Source: Azolla caroliniana (Eukaryota; Plantae; Polypodiophyta). From it: a stretch of DNA of 64,000 nucleotides. Shown here piece by piece: positions 1 to 11,700 of the stretch (positions are counted from its first letter, which is position 1; each line of letters opens with the position of its first letter). The position numbers and the translations under genes are program-made. The stretch spans positions 17,794,001 through 17,858,000 of the forward strand of contig JBHGNT010000013.1 of NCBI GenBank assembly GCA_043228905.1. The letters are read 5' to 3'. Under the pieces are notes generated by a model. It saw only the letters and a list, made by a program, of their open reading frames with translations. It was not told the origin of the DNA and ran no database searches.

Positions 1-330
1 ATACACATATGAGCTCACTCAATCTTCTAGGTGGTGTCTTAAGCATACACTTAAGTTATCACTCCCTCTTAATATGTCGTCATATCTTGAATGAATTGCA
101 CTATATGTCGAGCATGTGAAGAGCAAATGGCATTCATCCTCTACCATGCCTTCATTACATACTTCACATGCTCTCAATTTCGTTACATTTTGATACAACT
201 TCAATACCTAACTTGTGAGATTGAATGCGAAGTAGTGTGAGGGCTCTACGAGCGTTACTACTCATATTGGTAATGTGATAAGGTTGGATATGATAAATAG
301 GCATTCCTGCTTTATATTCAGACTAGGAAC
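1..330 (-). mobile_element. Decayed non-LTR retrotransposon (RTE-like LINE) ORF2 C-terminal remnant
   Basis: ORF 19..204 CEVCNEGMVEDECHLLFTC is the C-x2-C...EDE.H.LF.C zinc motif typical of LINE ORF2 C-termini; upstream frame reads like FRIQSHKL.IEV; frameshifted. Confidence 0.55.
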
Positions 331-1527
331 CAAATACGATCTATTGGATGGACTCGAGAGGTCCCTCCTATTTATCCTCTCTAAAAAAGTAACTTGATTA
401 GAGTACGTTCTTCCTCCCAAACGTATAGTTGCTCACATTGCTTATCATCTTAAGACAGAGTATATTCTTAATGAAACAACTTTCTCTTGATCACATGGAT
501 ATTGACGATTATGTTGGATACGACCAAAGAAAACAATACATCACCCATCACACAACCCTCCTGCCCTAAAAAATGTTTATGTGCAAACCAATGGCATTGC
601 CATGGTTTATTATTAGCATCACAATTATTTTCAACCATTTGGTTGGTGTAGAACATGCGACACATCTTTTTAAAATTACTCTATGAGTGCGCATGATCTC
701 TTGAAATTAAAAATATCGAGAATTTTAAAGTGGGTTAAGTTCTTCAGTATGGCATTTGACTATGCTATATTATCATGTTCACTCGAGGTGCTATGAAAAA
801 TAATTCAATATCAACTTGGTGCTTCTCCATTATTTGGGAACTAGGTTGTTCGTGTGCATGACGTCAAACTAAAGTTACCCGAGGATTCTCGTCATGAATC
901 AACATGAAACCTATTGCCCAACCCTTACGTGTTGTGGATGCTCACATGGCCCACATTCAATTTCTTATTATGTGTAGGCACTTGTGATTAGCCTATCTCA
1001 TTGTAAAAGGCTTGATGTAAATCATAGTATGAACCATACGTACCATTGTAAAAGGCTTGCAATAATTCGCGTAAGAAAAACACCCTCAAAGAATGATAAA
1101 TACCATACTTTTGGATTAACTATTTATTATGAGGTAAATAAGCCTAAAAAATAAAAAAAAACAAAAAAAACATTAAAAAAATGGGGGAAAAAAACACAAG
1201 ATTGTTTGAATAACATTCGCATTCGTTTTCCAACGTAGGAAAATGAATGTTATGCTAGACGAACACAAATTTTACGTACTATGATGTAAATAATTAAGAT
1301 TTAGATAAGGGAAAGAAAATAAATTGGACTCGCCTACCTAAGCAAAGTCTAACATGTGTCATGTACCAATAGAAGAGTACTTGCAAGAATGATAAAAAAC
1401 AATTTGGAGATATATTTATTTCCAAAGGTAAATGTAAATGGCAAGAGTATTGTATATCATTGTTTTGCGTGTTTTATCAAGTCTAGTTGAATCTATAAAC
1501 ATCATTATTGAAATGTATACTTGACGA

Positions 1528-3657
1528 GGTTTTTTTTTTCCCAAAATGAAGATACTTTCCCGTTAGTTAGGAAGGATTATTACAAAGAGACTGTACATAG
1601 ATCGGGGAATCTCCCTCCGATCAAGTTCAAGAAAATGAGACTAGTTACATCGCCTTTCGGACTGACTACTTAGTGTAAGTACCTATAGCTAAAAACGGTG
1701 CCCTTCAGTGATGGCTAGTACAAGACAACTCCTGGGGTCGACAACGAAGGGAGGATGGTAAGTGAGTCGGAAACAACCAGCGTGGGGGTTGGTAGTTCCA
1801 CCTCGTGCCACTTCATCCTTGCGTCACCATAGGCGTGTTCCACCATTTCTGCCAAAAGCGCAAACGGGCAGTAACCAAATCATTGGAATGGCTGCAAACC
1901 TCGTCCAATTGCCCTCATAGACAGCTAATAAGCGCAAACCATATGTCCATGATCACCTCCTCTAGGGACCGCACCAAATCCTGAAAGACCTTTAGGCAAC
2001 GCGCTTTCCATACATACCACAGGGTGAAGCCTGCGATCAGGATCCAAATGTCCGGGAACCTAGGGGATGTGGACTACAAGCCTCTCTAAAATAGAATCTT
2101 AGTGATTTTGCCTCTCATGCATATGTAGCACCAACTATCCGCATTGAGGGCATCCGTCCACCTATCAACGGAGTGATCAAGCCATGCCGCAACACTCCAC
2201 GATGTTGTTCCTTCCACTTCACATGCCGCAAGGAGGCGAGTCACTCTATCCCATACCTTTTGAGCTTGAGGGCAATCCCATAGACAATGCCTCAGAGTCT
2301 CAATAGGTGAATGGCAAAGTGGGCAGCCTAACGGGCTGCCACGTTTACCTAACCATTCACCAACGCGAATCACATTATGACCGATTTGCCACCAAAAAAA
2401 CTTTATCTTTTCCGGCATGTGGAGACGCCAAAGACCCTTCCAAAAGGTAATGAGCACCTCATCAAGGATGCCCAATGTACGCCAGCCATCGCGTAAGGGG
2501 CCGTCTAGCTGCAGTTGAAAAGTCCGGCCCAATTTAGTGTTGTACTCGAAGAAATGGCGAAATCGGCCATCATGTTTCCACCTGAAATCCCCTAGGTCCC
2601 ATTCTAGTTCGACGAGGGGACGACAACAATATACCCATAACTTCCAATGGGGTTCCACCTTAGAAACATATGAGTCTATCTTCCAAATGTTACCAACCTG
2701 CGCCACCACACAAATTGGGTGCCAAGAGCCCCTACTCTAACTCTCCCCAAAAATTGTATCTCTTCCCGATCCGCTCACGCACTTCAGCAACTTAACTGTT
2801 CCAGCCTCATCAAAGAGACCAAACCAAGCATCTTCTCTCACCTCCCCCATCAGAACCCTATCAACTGCCTCATCTATCAATCTCCGCATTTTCATGGCTA
2901 AGCCTTCCTTGAGGGGAGGGAATGGGACCTCTTGGGCTCCTCCTAAAGTCATCGTGCGTCTCCAATCATCTATAGAGTGGAGCCCTGTTTGCGCCAGTTT
3001 CCCCCATGCTAGGCCCTTAAGCTACCCTAACATCATGTCGTCACTTGTTTGCACCTGAGGGTCCTGTTCCAAAATAATGGTTGTCTAGACCACTCGATTA
3101 GTGTCTCCGGCGTGTGCTTGACCAAATGATGTCGTATGTGACACCATGCCAACAAGATGGGGTTTGTGACCCTCTCCTCTGGAAGACAAGCCATCTTGAG
3201 TGGGACTCCGCTCGTGCAACACCAATTCAAGGAGTCGGGCCAAGGCCTACCATACTTAGGAGTCCCTGCCTGCAACCTATTGCGAAGTAGAACCTTCCAA
3301 CACCCCTTACCTGGCAGGAGGCATCGAACCACCATTTTGGCTAGCAATGCTCGGCTCTGCATTAAGGGGTCTATGAGGCCAAGTCCCCCTTTGGCCCGCG
3401 GTTGTGTTAACCAATGCCATGACACTCTGGCGACAACCATCGGATTGTCCTTACCTGACCATATAAATCCCCTGATGGCAGCCTTAATCGTGTGCAAACC
3501 TGAAGGGTCCATAATCCAGCAGGAGACTGAGTGCCACATGGTGGCGAGCATCACTTGGTTCACAATAAGAACCCTACCAACGAAGGATAGTTTAGACCTG
3601 CTCCATTGGTTCAATTTCTTGCATAGTTTGGCTTGCACATGGGACGATTGCACTCCC
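1528..3657 (-). mobile_element. 5'-truncated L1-clade LINE with poly(A) tail and 10-bp TSD
   Basis: Broken ORF2 pieces 3033..3653 (KLSFVGRVLIVNQVM...GGLGLID), 2737..2952 and 2086..2709 (zf-RVT: KIKFFWWQ...CPLC...ETLRHCLWDC); T-run at 1530-1539 is the poly(A) on the minus strand; TACTTGACGA repeated at 1518-1527 and 3658-3667. Confidence 0.85.
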
Positions 3658-4163
3658 TACTTGACGAAGAATGAGAAATACATGCTTATGGAGGGTTCAA
3701 AGTGTTATAATGTTTAGAGTTACTTGACATGCTACTCCATAGTGTCGACCATTTTAGAACGTCGTAATTCAACAACACAAAAATAATACTTGCACTGTGC
3801 ACATGATAGTAAGAACTTTTTGCCGTATGCAAAAACGAAATACATGGCAACATTCGAAAGCACAAACCAGTATCCGAGAGAGTGTGTTCGTGTCAAAGAT
3901 ATAAATAGTAAGCAAAACAAAATATTGAGAGTGGTGGGAAAACTTAAGCATTATATCTTACAACGTCAAACTATATAATCAAAGAGTTAGTCTACATGTT
4001 CTAGATTATCTCCGTTTTTAATTATGGCTAGAGACTTTGCACAGGTCTGGCTAGTTGGATTTTTTCTTTTGTGTGTGATATCTATAGCAATCTTCAACCA
4101 AAATGCTAGCACACACTCAAGAGTCAAACCCACTCGTTACATGTAATGTTATGTAGAAACTGT

Positions 4164-4896
4164 TGTTGCGGAATTCCACAGGTACGTGTGGGATCTTAGT
4201 CGGGACCGCGGGGGTCTTGGACTAGGGAGTAGAGGGGGAAATGGAAGCTTAACCTTTACGACCTTTTGGCTCAAGAGGAAAGGAGAAAGAATAAGAGGTT
4301 AGCATGATAGAGAAAATAGAGACAAGAAACATCAACAAACTATATTAAGAATCCACTATACGATTACAACCATGGCCGCGTAGGCCGAATCAAACCACTA
4401 GAAGAAACCCTAACCGGATAGGTAAAGAAGAAGGAGAATGAAACCCTATGTGAAACCCTAAAACTGAAATCCCTAAACCTTAATGGCAACCCAAAGAAAC
4501 CCAACTAAAGCCCTCACAAAGTGACCCCTCAACTCCCTTTTATAGTAGTAAGGGGTGAGGCTCATTACATAAAGGGGAGTCAAATCCCCCCCTCCTTTAA
4601 TGGGGAATATCTCCCATGATCTTAAATGTGTGGGCCTTTAACTCTCTCCCCTCACGCTTTCAATGCCACTGCCCATCACATTTGTACTCCCCACGTACTC
4701 CCCTTTCCTATGTGCCCATGTGCACATAAGTGCACACCATATTAACACTTAACGAACTTTCATAGAACACCTTACACTTTACATTTGCTTATTTATTCCT
4801 AGGTTACTAATTTAATAAGTATATGTGCTACGTTGCACATCTCGTTTTATTCGTCCCGCTCGGGTTTTCCCACCATGGCCGAAAATCTTCACGACA
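4164..4896 (-). mobile_element. Probable solo LTR
   Basis: TGTTGCGG...CACGACA ends; CTATAAAAGG TATA-like motif on the minus strand near 4540 followed by a T-rich tract; several AAACCCTA motifs. No clean TSD found. Confidence 0.4.
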
Positions 4897-4899
4897 TCG

Positions 4900-5263
4900 T
4901 CTTGATGGGTATGTCATATAATTTCATCCATAACTAACATTAAATTTATAATAGTGGCAAAAGCTACTCATGGATGGAGCTTTTGGCAATGCATTCGAGA
5001 ATGTTTTCTAGAGTGTGCATTGTTAGCATAGTGCTCCAATTGTTGAAATAGTTGGACAATCAAAAGGCTTGATCTGCACAATATTTCTCCATTTGTGAAT
5101 AAGAAAACATAACCAAACGTTGATTTTCAACTGTTGAATAGTACAACTATGTTCGCTTCAAAAGCTCAAAGTCATGTGCATTGGTCTTTGTTTCCACATA
5201 AAACTATGTGATGGTATTTAACAGTGAACACCTCTCGATGCTTTTTACCTACCTAAACGTTTG
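4900..5263 (-). pseudogene. Decayed Ty1/copia RT/RNase H fragment (left part, split by the gypsy insertion)
   Basis: Minus strand continues the frame ..FM|SN..GK.H from the 15092 side across the ACATG TSD; degenerate ALSTxEAEY-like motif near 5125-5150. Confidence 0.5.
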
Positions 5264-5268
5264 ACATG

Positions 5269-5688
5269 TGTTATTCGCTTAGCCAGACAAGGCCTAACAC
5301 AAGGTGTCACGGAGACACTTCACCAAAGGGTGATTACGGCATAGGATCAAGATTCAACGATTACACCGACTTACGTAGGTTACACGATTAGATTGCTTTG
5401 GTTAATTACACGCGTAAGATATAACAGTGATTACAGAACGGAAATCAAGACAGAAGTATAAACATCATAATCTCTATTAATTATCCGCTGTCATTACAAT
5501 GGGGTCCGGGCCTTTAAATAGGTTTCCGGCCCGTAGTACAAAACGGTGCCCCTCGCACCTATTCGGGATCCGTCCGGATCTGGAACGGCATACCGTTTCC
5601 AGTCCGTCCGTCCACACTATCCTCATTTACAACCATATATAATTAATTCCTTCACTCCGTATTTTGGACTCCTTGCCGGCCGGTAACA
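5269..5688 (-). repeat. 3' LTR of the gypsy element (420 bp)
   Basis: Direct repeat of 14667-15086; CTATTTAAAGG TATA-like box on the minus strand near 5511-5521. Confidence 0.97.
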
Positions 5689-5723
5689 CATGGCACGCCC
5701 GTGGGACAATACCTTGTACGTCG
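5689..5723 (-). promoter_or_regulatory. Conserved tRNA-3'-end-like block in the PPT position
   Basis: Sense sequence CGACGTACAAGGTATTGTCCCACGGGCGTGCCATG abuts the 3' LTR; it is not purine-rich; 29/35 identical to 58536-58570. Confidence 0.75.
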
Positions 5724-5740
5724 AACCCTTCTCGGCCCCT

Positions 5741-8398
5741 TCATTGTTCACCCAAATTGTCCAAAATACTTTGCTCAAGAATTTCCACTTGTTCTTCTTG
5801 TTGTGGTTGTTGCGGCTGTGCTTGCTGCTGCTGCTGTGGTTGCGGTTGGAACTGAGGTTGCTCCGGCTGCTCTGCTTGCTGCTGCTGCTCCGTTTGTTTC
5901 TCTGGCTCCGGCATCTCCGTTTGACTGCTTCCGGTCCGGTCTCCTTCCAGTAACGGTTCCTCATCACTGAGGTTGACCGTAACTGGTTCTCGTTCTTTCT
6001 CTCCCCGGATCCGGGACCTCTCGTAGCTTTCAAACTGGATCTGCGCCTCCAGCCTGTCGTCATCCAGCTGAGCTACAAGTTGCCGGACTTGCTCTAGTTG
6101 GTCCTCTGCCAAGGCTTGAAAGTCTTCGGCAAGCTCATCCCTTATGCCGGTGAAGTCTTCGGAAGTCAGCATATAGCAATCATCTCCCTCCTTCCGCCGG
6201 TTCTCTACGTCGGCCCGGAGCAATTGGAGTTCCGCCGCGTTCGTGGCCCACTTGGTCCACCATTTGACGGACCCGTTGTCAATCAAGCTCTTGGTCTGGT
6301 TCAACCAGGCCCGCATTATATCCTGGATGCGACTTGCTCCCATTTGTGCTCTGCTTTCCACCACTTGTCGCTCCTCCTTCAACTGCTTGATGAGATTTGC
6401 CGTATCCTCCGCCTGCTCTCTGTAACGCGTCAGCTGCCCTTGATATGTCGTTTGCAGCCTCTGCAGTACCTCCGCCGCTCTTTCTTTTTCCGCCTGCTGT
6501 TGCCTGAGGAGCTCTGTCCGAACCTTCTCCGCCTCTTCCAACCGTCTTCTGTTTTCCGCTTGTTCCTTGGCGAATGCGGTTGCGGTCCGATCAACGGCTT
6601 GCCGGAGCTCATCCGTCCGTTCCTTGTGCTCCGTTTGCAACCGTTTATACTCCCGGTGCAATTGCTCAAACTCCTCCGTTTTTTGTTTGAGCTTGCCGTT
6701 GATTTGGCGATGGTTCCGGTCCTCCCGGTCCTTTACCTGCCGGAGTTCCTCTTTCAGGCGCTCTACTTTTGTTTCGGCGTTCCTCCGGAGCTTGTCCTTC
6801 TCTTGCAGCATTTTCTCCTTTTCCTCCTTGAGCCGGTCGTATGCTTGGTGGCCTTTCCGTAAGCTCTCCTCGGCCCGGCGTAGATTCTCAGCAGTCTTTT
6901 TGAGTTCTGCCTCCGCTGCCGTCTTCAATTCTCTTTCGCGGCTCCTCAGCGCTTCTTGGGCAGCTAGCTCATCCTTTAAATCCGCAAGCTCTTGGGCTTG
7001 TGCCGCATTTCTCTCCGGAACGGTTTCCGTTGCCGGGGTCTGATTGCTATGTACAGGTTGATTTGACACTTTATTCTGTACATTGCCCGGAGTCACCGGT
7101 GCTTGGACTTGTGTTGTCACAGCCACTTGAGCCCTGTCAAAGTCTTGTTCCAGGCTCCGGATTCTGGACCGGGCCGTCTCTAGATCTACGGTTGTGACGA
7201 GCAACCGTTCCTGGTGCGCTCTCTCTTCCGCCTCTATATACTCGACCACTCCGGCGATTTGCTCGCCTACCCACCGTAGCCACATGCTACTGGTTCCTTG
7301 TTGTTGTACTGGTCGGGTCGGCTCATTCCCTGTGGAATTGTCTGGCCTGAGTGCCTGCATATGCTGTTCTGGTTCTACTCCTTGGCCGCCGTGTGTGCTG
7401 GCTGTGCTCGCCGGCTGTTGCGTTCCGGTTCCCGCCGTCTCCGCAGCCGTTGGCATGACTTCTTCTATAGAAGTCGCCAAGACCGGTTCCCTACGCACCG
7501 GTTTCGGTTCTTCCCTTGTGGTTTGCTCAGGTTGAGTTGGGGGCGTTTCGGCCTCTCGCGGGTACGACCGCTCCCCTCCTGTCTCGGCGGTCCTACTTCT
7601 TGACCGTCGTTGGAGGTGCTCTTCTGGCTCCTCCGTTTCCTCTTCCTGTGTCACGGCATGTTTCTGTGCCGTCAAGGGTTCCGGTTCCTTCTGTCCCGGT
7701 CTCCGTAAGGTTATCTTGACGGGTCGGACCGGTGACACCTCCTCCGGTTCTTGGACCCGTTTCTTCCCTTTCGTCGCCTTCGACGCCAGCAGCTGCTGTC
7801 GTTTGGACGCCGGCTTCGAGGTGCTTCCTTCCGATACTCTTGGCCGCTTCTTTGGCTGGGCGGTCTCGACCGGCGGCACGAGCAATGTTATCCATTGAGC
7901 TACGGCGTGCCACAGCTTCCGGCCCTCCTTGCCGTCCTTCCCTCGTACCATGTCGATTGCCATGCACAACCCGTCTGCAATCAACACCGGCCAATCCACC
8001 TTGACCCCTTCATAGGTGGCTATGATCATCCCTGCCCGATTTTTTGGCATGACAGGGGGTCGGGGGTACACGTGACCGTACTCATGGAGCACTCGAGTTA
8101 TCTCCCTGAATAGCGGATCTTCGCCGCCCTGCGTCCGATAGCCTTTGCCGGCAATAGAGTACTCACCGAAATATCGGGTGAGTTGCTCCGAGGTTGGGTT
8201 ATCGATCTGAAAGATTCCTCCCTCCGGAAGGCCTGTTAGCGCGCGGATCGCTTCCTCGGTGATGACCTCTGTGGCGAGCTCCTTGATGACCCGGTCGGCT
8301 TCTCTGTGCGGCGGTGCCTCCATGATGGCCAAGAACCCCTCCAGTCCGTTTTGCCTGAACCATTTCCTGGCCGCTTCCGACAGCGTTTGTGGTTCCAT
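5741..8398 (-). CDS. Gypsy accessory ORF (about 885 aa from the likely ATG; frame open to 8704): N-terminal globular domain, disordered linker, long coiled coil, conserved C-terminal module
   Basis: Uninterrupted ORF between pol and the 3' LTR in sense orientation; homology with the second element starts at MEPQTLSEAARKWF; heptad-rich E/K/R/Q region; no hydrophobic TM segment visible. Confidence 0.85.
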   Translation of the reverse strand: MEPQTLSEAARKWFRQNGLEGFLAIMEAPPHREADRVIKELATEVITEEAIRALTGLPEGGIFQIDNPTSEQLTRYFGEYSIAGKGYRTQGGEDPLFREITRVLHEYGHVYPRPPVMPKNRAGMIIATYEGVKVDWPVLIADGLCMAIDMVRGKDGKEGRKLWHAVAQWITLLVPPVETAQPKKRPRVSEGSTSKPASKRQQLLASKATKGKKRVQEPEEVSPVRPVKITLRRPGQKEPEPLTAQKHAVTQEEETEEPEEHLQRRSRSRTAETGGERSYPREAETPPTQPEQTTREEPKPVRREPVLATSIEEVMPTAAETAGTGTQQPASTASTHGGQGVEPEQHMQALRPDNSTGNEPTRPVQQQGTSSMWLRWVGEQIAGVVEYIEAEERAHQERLLVTTVDLETARSRIRSLEQDFDRAQVAVTTQVQAPVTPGNVQNKVSNQPVHSNQTPATETVPERNAAQAQELADLKDELAAQEALRSRERELKTAAEAELKKTAENLRRAEESLRKGHQAYDRLKEEKEKMLQEKDKLRRNAETKVERLKEELRQVKDREDRNHRQINGKLKQKTEEFEQLHREYKRLQTEHKERTDELRQAVDRTATAFAKEQAENRRRLEEAEKVRTELLRQQQAEKERAAEVLQRLQTTYQGQLTRYREQAEDTANLIKQLKEERQVVESRAQMGASRIQDIMRAWLNQTKSLIDNGSVKWWTKWATNAAELQLLRADVENRRKEGDDCYMLTSEDFTGIRDELAEDFQALAEDQLEQVRQLVAQLDDDRLEAQIQFESYERSRIRGEKEREPVTVNLSDEEPLLEGDRTGSSQTEMPEPEKQTEQQQQAEQPEQPQFQPQPQQQQQAQPQQPQQEEQVEILEQSILDNLGEQ

Positions 8399-8721
8399 GT
8401 CTGCTTCAAGGTCGAGGGAAGATGGCGAGGTAGAGTGGTGATGAGGGTGAGAGCGAGAGAGAGAGCGTTCTGAGCGCGGGGGTTCTCTGCGTGCAGGTTC
8501 GCGTTTGCTCAGCTTCCACTGCCTTGGTGCTTCTGTGCTTCTTGGCTCGCGAAAAAAGAAGGTCTCCATGCGCTCCTCTTTTTCTCTGTGCGTCTTGGCG
8601 CCTTTTTTCGAGCGTGCGCACGTCGTGTACCGATTTAGTATTAAGTACGTGGCGGCTCTTAAATGCCCACTACGTACCTTTTCGCGCCTTGCTTTCACAC
8701 CCATTCATACCTCGATTTTTA

Positions 8722-8725
<4 letters not shown>

Positions 8726-8763
<38 letters not shown>
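8726..8763 (-). repeat. A38 homopolymer (element sense strand) between pol and the accessory ORF
   Basis: 38 consecutive T on the + strand, 17 bp after the pol stop. Confidence 0.9.
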
Positions 8764-8766
<3 letters not shown>

Positions 8767-8780
8767 GACGGTGTGTGACC

Positions 8781-11700
8781 TTACACATCCGTAGGTCCCT
8801 TCGGACCCTGACCGTTTTCCTTACGGGTTGCCGTGTCTTCTTTTTCTTCCGGATCGATCCGTACCGATCCCGGACAGGTTCCTGGTGTAGTGCCGGTGAG
8901 CTGCATAAACGGGTTCTTTGGCATCGGTCCTTTATAGGGTTTTAGTCGAAATCCGTTTACCCACTTGCCTAGTACTTCCCCGGCAAGTGTCCCTATCTGA
9001 TAGGACCCGTTGTATTCCCGTGTCAGCCAATACGGGCCTGTCCATCTGAACCGGAGTTTACCCGGCATTTTGCCCATCCTCGTTTGGAATACTAGAACCG
9101 GCTTCCCGATTTCGAACATCTTTTCGTTACCTTTCCGGTGACGGTCAACGAACGCTTTCCGTCGTCGTTGCTCTAGTTCCATGTGGAGGATGCTGGCCAG
9201 CCGTTGCTCCTCCAGTTCGCATAGTGCTGCTAGCCGCATTTCCTCCGACTTCTTTTCATTCAGCCGTTCCCGTAGTTGGATCCGTAAGCTTGGTACCTGA
9301 AACTCGACCGGCATGACCGCTTCTAAGCCGAATGCTAACCGGAACGGCGTTGTCCGGATACTCGTTTTGTATGCCGTTCTGTACGCCCATAGCGCGCTAT
9401 GGAGCTTTGTATCCCAGTTCGTCCGGTTTTCGTTGACGATTTTGCGGAGAATGTTCTGCAGCGTTTTGTTGGTGGATTCCGCTAACCCGTTCGCCTGTGG
9501 GTAATACGGTGTGCTTCTTTTATGGACCACGGCATAGAACGTTGTTAAGCTTTCCACTACCTGGCCGAGGAAGTGGCCTCCTTGGTCGCTGATTAATTCA
9601 ATCGGACATCCATATCGGCACCAAATGTTTTCGTACAGGAATTTTGCTGTGGATGACGCGGTGTTGTCTCTCAGGGCCTTTGCTTCCACCCATTTAGTGC
9701 AATAATCCGTTGCCACGATGACATAACGATTACCCGTTCTCATTGCCGGTGGCTTGAACGGTCCGACAAAATCCAACCCCCACTTCTGGAATGGCTCTAG
9801 TGGAAGTACCGGTTGGTGTGGCATCCGTGCTTGCTCCGTAGGCTGGCCCATTCGTTGGCATAGGTCACATTCCTTAGCATACTTGACGGCGTCTTTTAAC
9901 GTCGTGGGCCACCACAAGCCGCTCTGCCATACTTTCCTCGTCGTCGCTTCCCCGGCATAGTGTCCTCCGGCAACCCCACAGTGTGCTTCCCGTAAGATTA
10001 CTTCTTTCTCGTCACTACGGACTGCCCGTCTCCATATTCCATCTGCTCCTTTGTGGTAGAGGGTGTCCCGTAACAGACAGAAATTGCGGCTCTGCACCGC
10101 CAGTCGTTTCCTCTCGTCCCGGTTCATTTCCTCCGGTGGCAGGCCCGTGCTTAGGAACTGGTGCATGTTTGTCAGCCATTTATCTTCTGATGACACCGTG
10201 TCGTCCGCTGCCGTTTCCGGGGTGATACGGAATAACTCCGCGTCCGGGAATTCATCCGCTACTCCGTCGCCTGGTTCTCCGGACTCTAACCGGCTCAGGT
10301 AGTCTGCTACGGCATGCTGGATACCGGGCCGGTGGAAAATCTCGAATTCGAACTCCTGCAACAACAAGGTCCAACGGGCCAACTTACCGGTCAAGGACGC
10401 CTTGGAAACTAAGTAGAGGAGCGCCGAGTGATCCACATGGAAGGAGAACTTCCTTCCCAATAGGTAATGACGAAACTTTGTTACACTGTAGATCATGCCC
10501 AGGGCCTCCCGTTCTGTCGTTGAATAGTTCTTTTCCGCTTGGGACAGCTTCCGGCTGGCGTAATATACCGGCCGGTACCATTTGGGCTCCGTAAGCTGCA
10601 TTAAGGCGCTGCCAATAGCGATGTCGGACGCGTCCACGAACACGTGAAATTCCTTGCTCCAATCCGGAGGCTGCGCGACGGGTGCTTGCGATAAAAGTAC
10701 CTTCAGGGCATTGTATGCCTTATCCTCCGTATCCGTCCATTGGAACGGTGTCCGATGTACCGCGGTGTGTAGTGGTGTAGCCAAATCAGCCAAGTGACGG
10801 AGCATCCGGCTGTGCCACCGGATCTGTCCTAAGAATCGGCTTAGTGCTTTGGCTGTTTTCGGTGCCGGTGCCCCTAGTATGGCGTTTACTTTGTCTGGGT
10901 CGACCGCAATGCCCTCCTTACTTACAATGTGTCCCAACAATATTCCACTTGAAACCCCAAAGATGCATTTTGCTGGGTTTAAGCTTAGCCGGTATAACCT
11001 ACACTTTTCAAGGCATAACCGGAGGTGCTGCAAATGGTCTTTTCCCCGGCTATAGACTGCAAAATCATCCAGGAAAACTTGCATGAAGGCAGGAATGTAT
11101 TCGCCGAAGATCTCCATTATGATTCGTTGGAACGTTGCTGGTGCCGTTTTTAGGCCGAACATCATGACTTCGGCCACAAACACCCCCCATTCGGTGACGA
11201 ACGCTGTCTTCTCCTGGTCGTCCGGGTGCATCCGAATTTGATTGTACCCGCTGAACCCGTCTAGAAAGCTATAAACTTCATGACCGGCGACGGCATCCAG
11301 TACTCCGTCCGTGAACGGAAGAGGGAATGCATCCGTAATTGTGGCGGCATTTAGTTTCCTGTAATCTACACACACACGGATTTTACCGTTCTTCTTTGGG
11401 ACGACGACGATGGGGCTCAGCCACGTCGCTTTCTTTACCGGCCGGATGAAGCCCACTCTTAGGAGTTTGTCGATTTCCTCCTTCACTTTGGCGGCGTAGT
11501 TGGGGTTCATTCGGTATCGTCTTTGCGCCACTGGTTTCGCGTCCTTGCCTAAGTGGATCTGATGCTGATATAACTGAGGGTCCAGCCCTCGCATGTCCTC
11601 GTATGACCAGGCGAATACGTCGCGAAACTCCGTGAGAAGTTTGATCATCGCCGCTTTATCTTCCGGCTTCATTTCTTTGGCGATGTGAACCGGCTTTGAT

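Noticed and set aside
1692-1703. AAAACGGTGCCC shared between the LINE 3' region and the gypsy LTR
   Set aside because: Only 12 bp with no flanking similarity; likely chance.
5741-8704. Envelope gene
   Set aside because: No signal peptide or transmembrane stretch; the hydrophobic Leu-rich ORFs nearby (e.g. 5690..5953 +) are antisense shadows of the Gln/Glu-rich frame.
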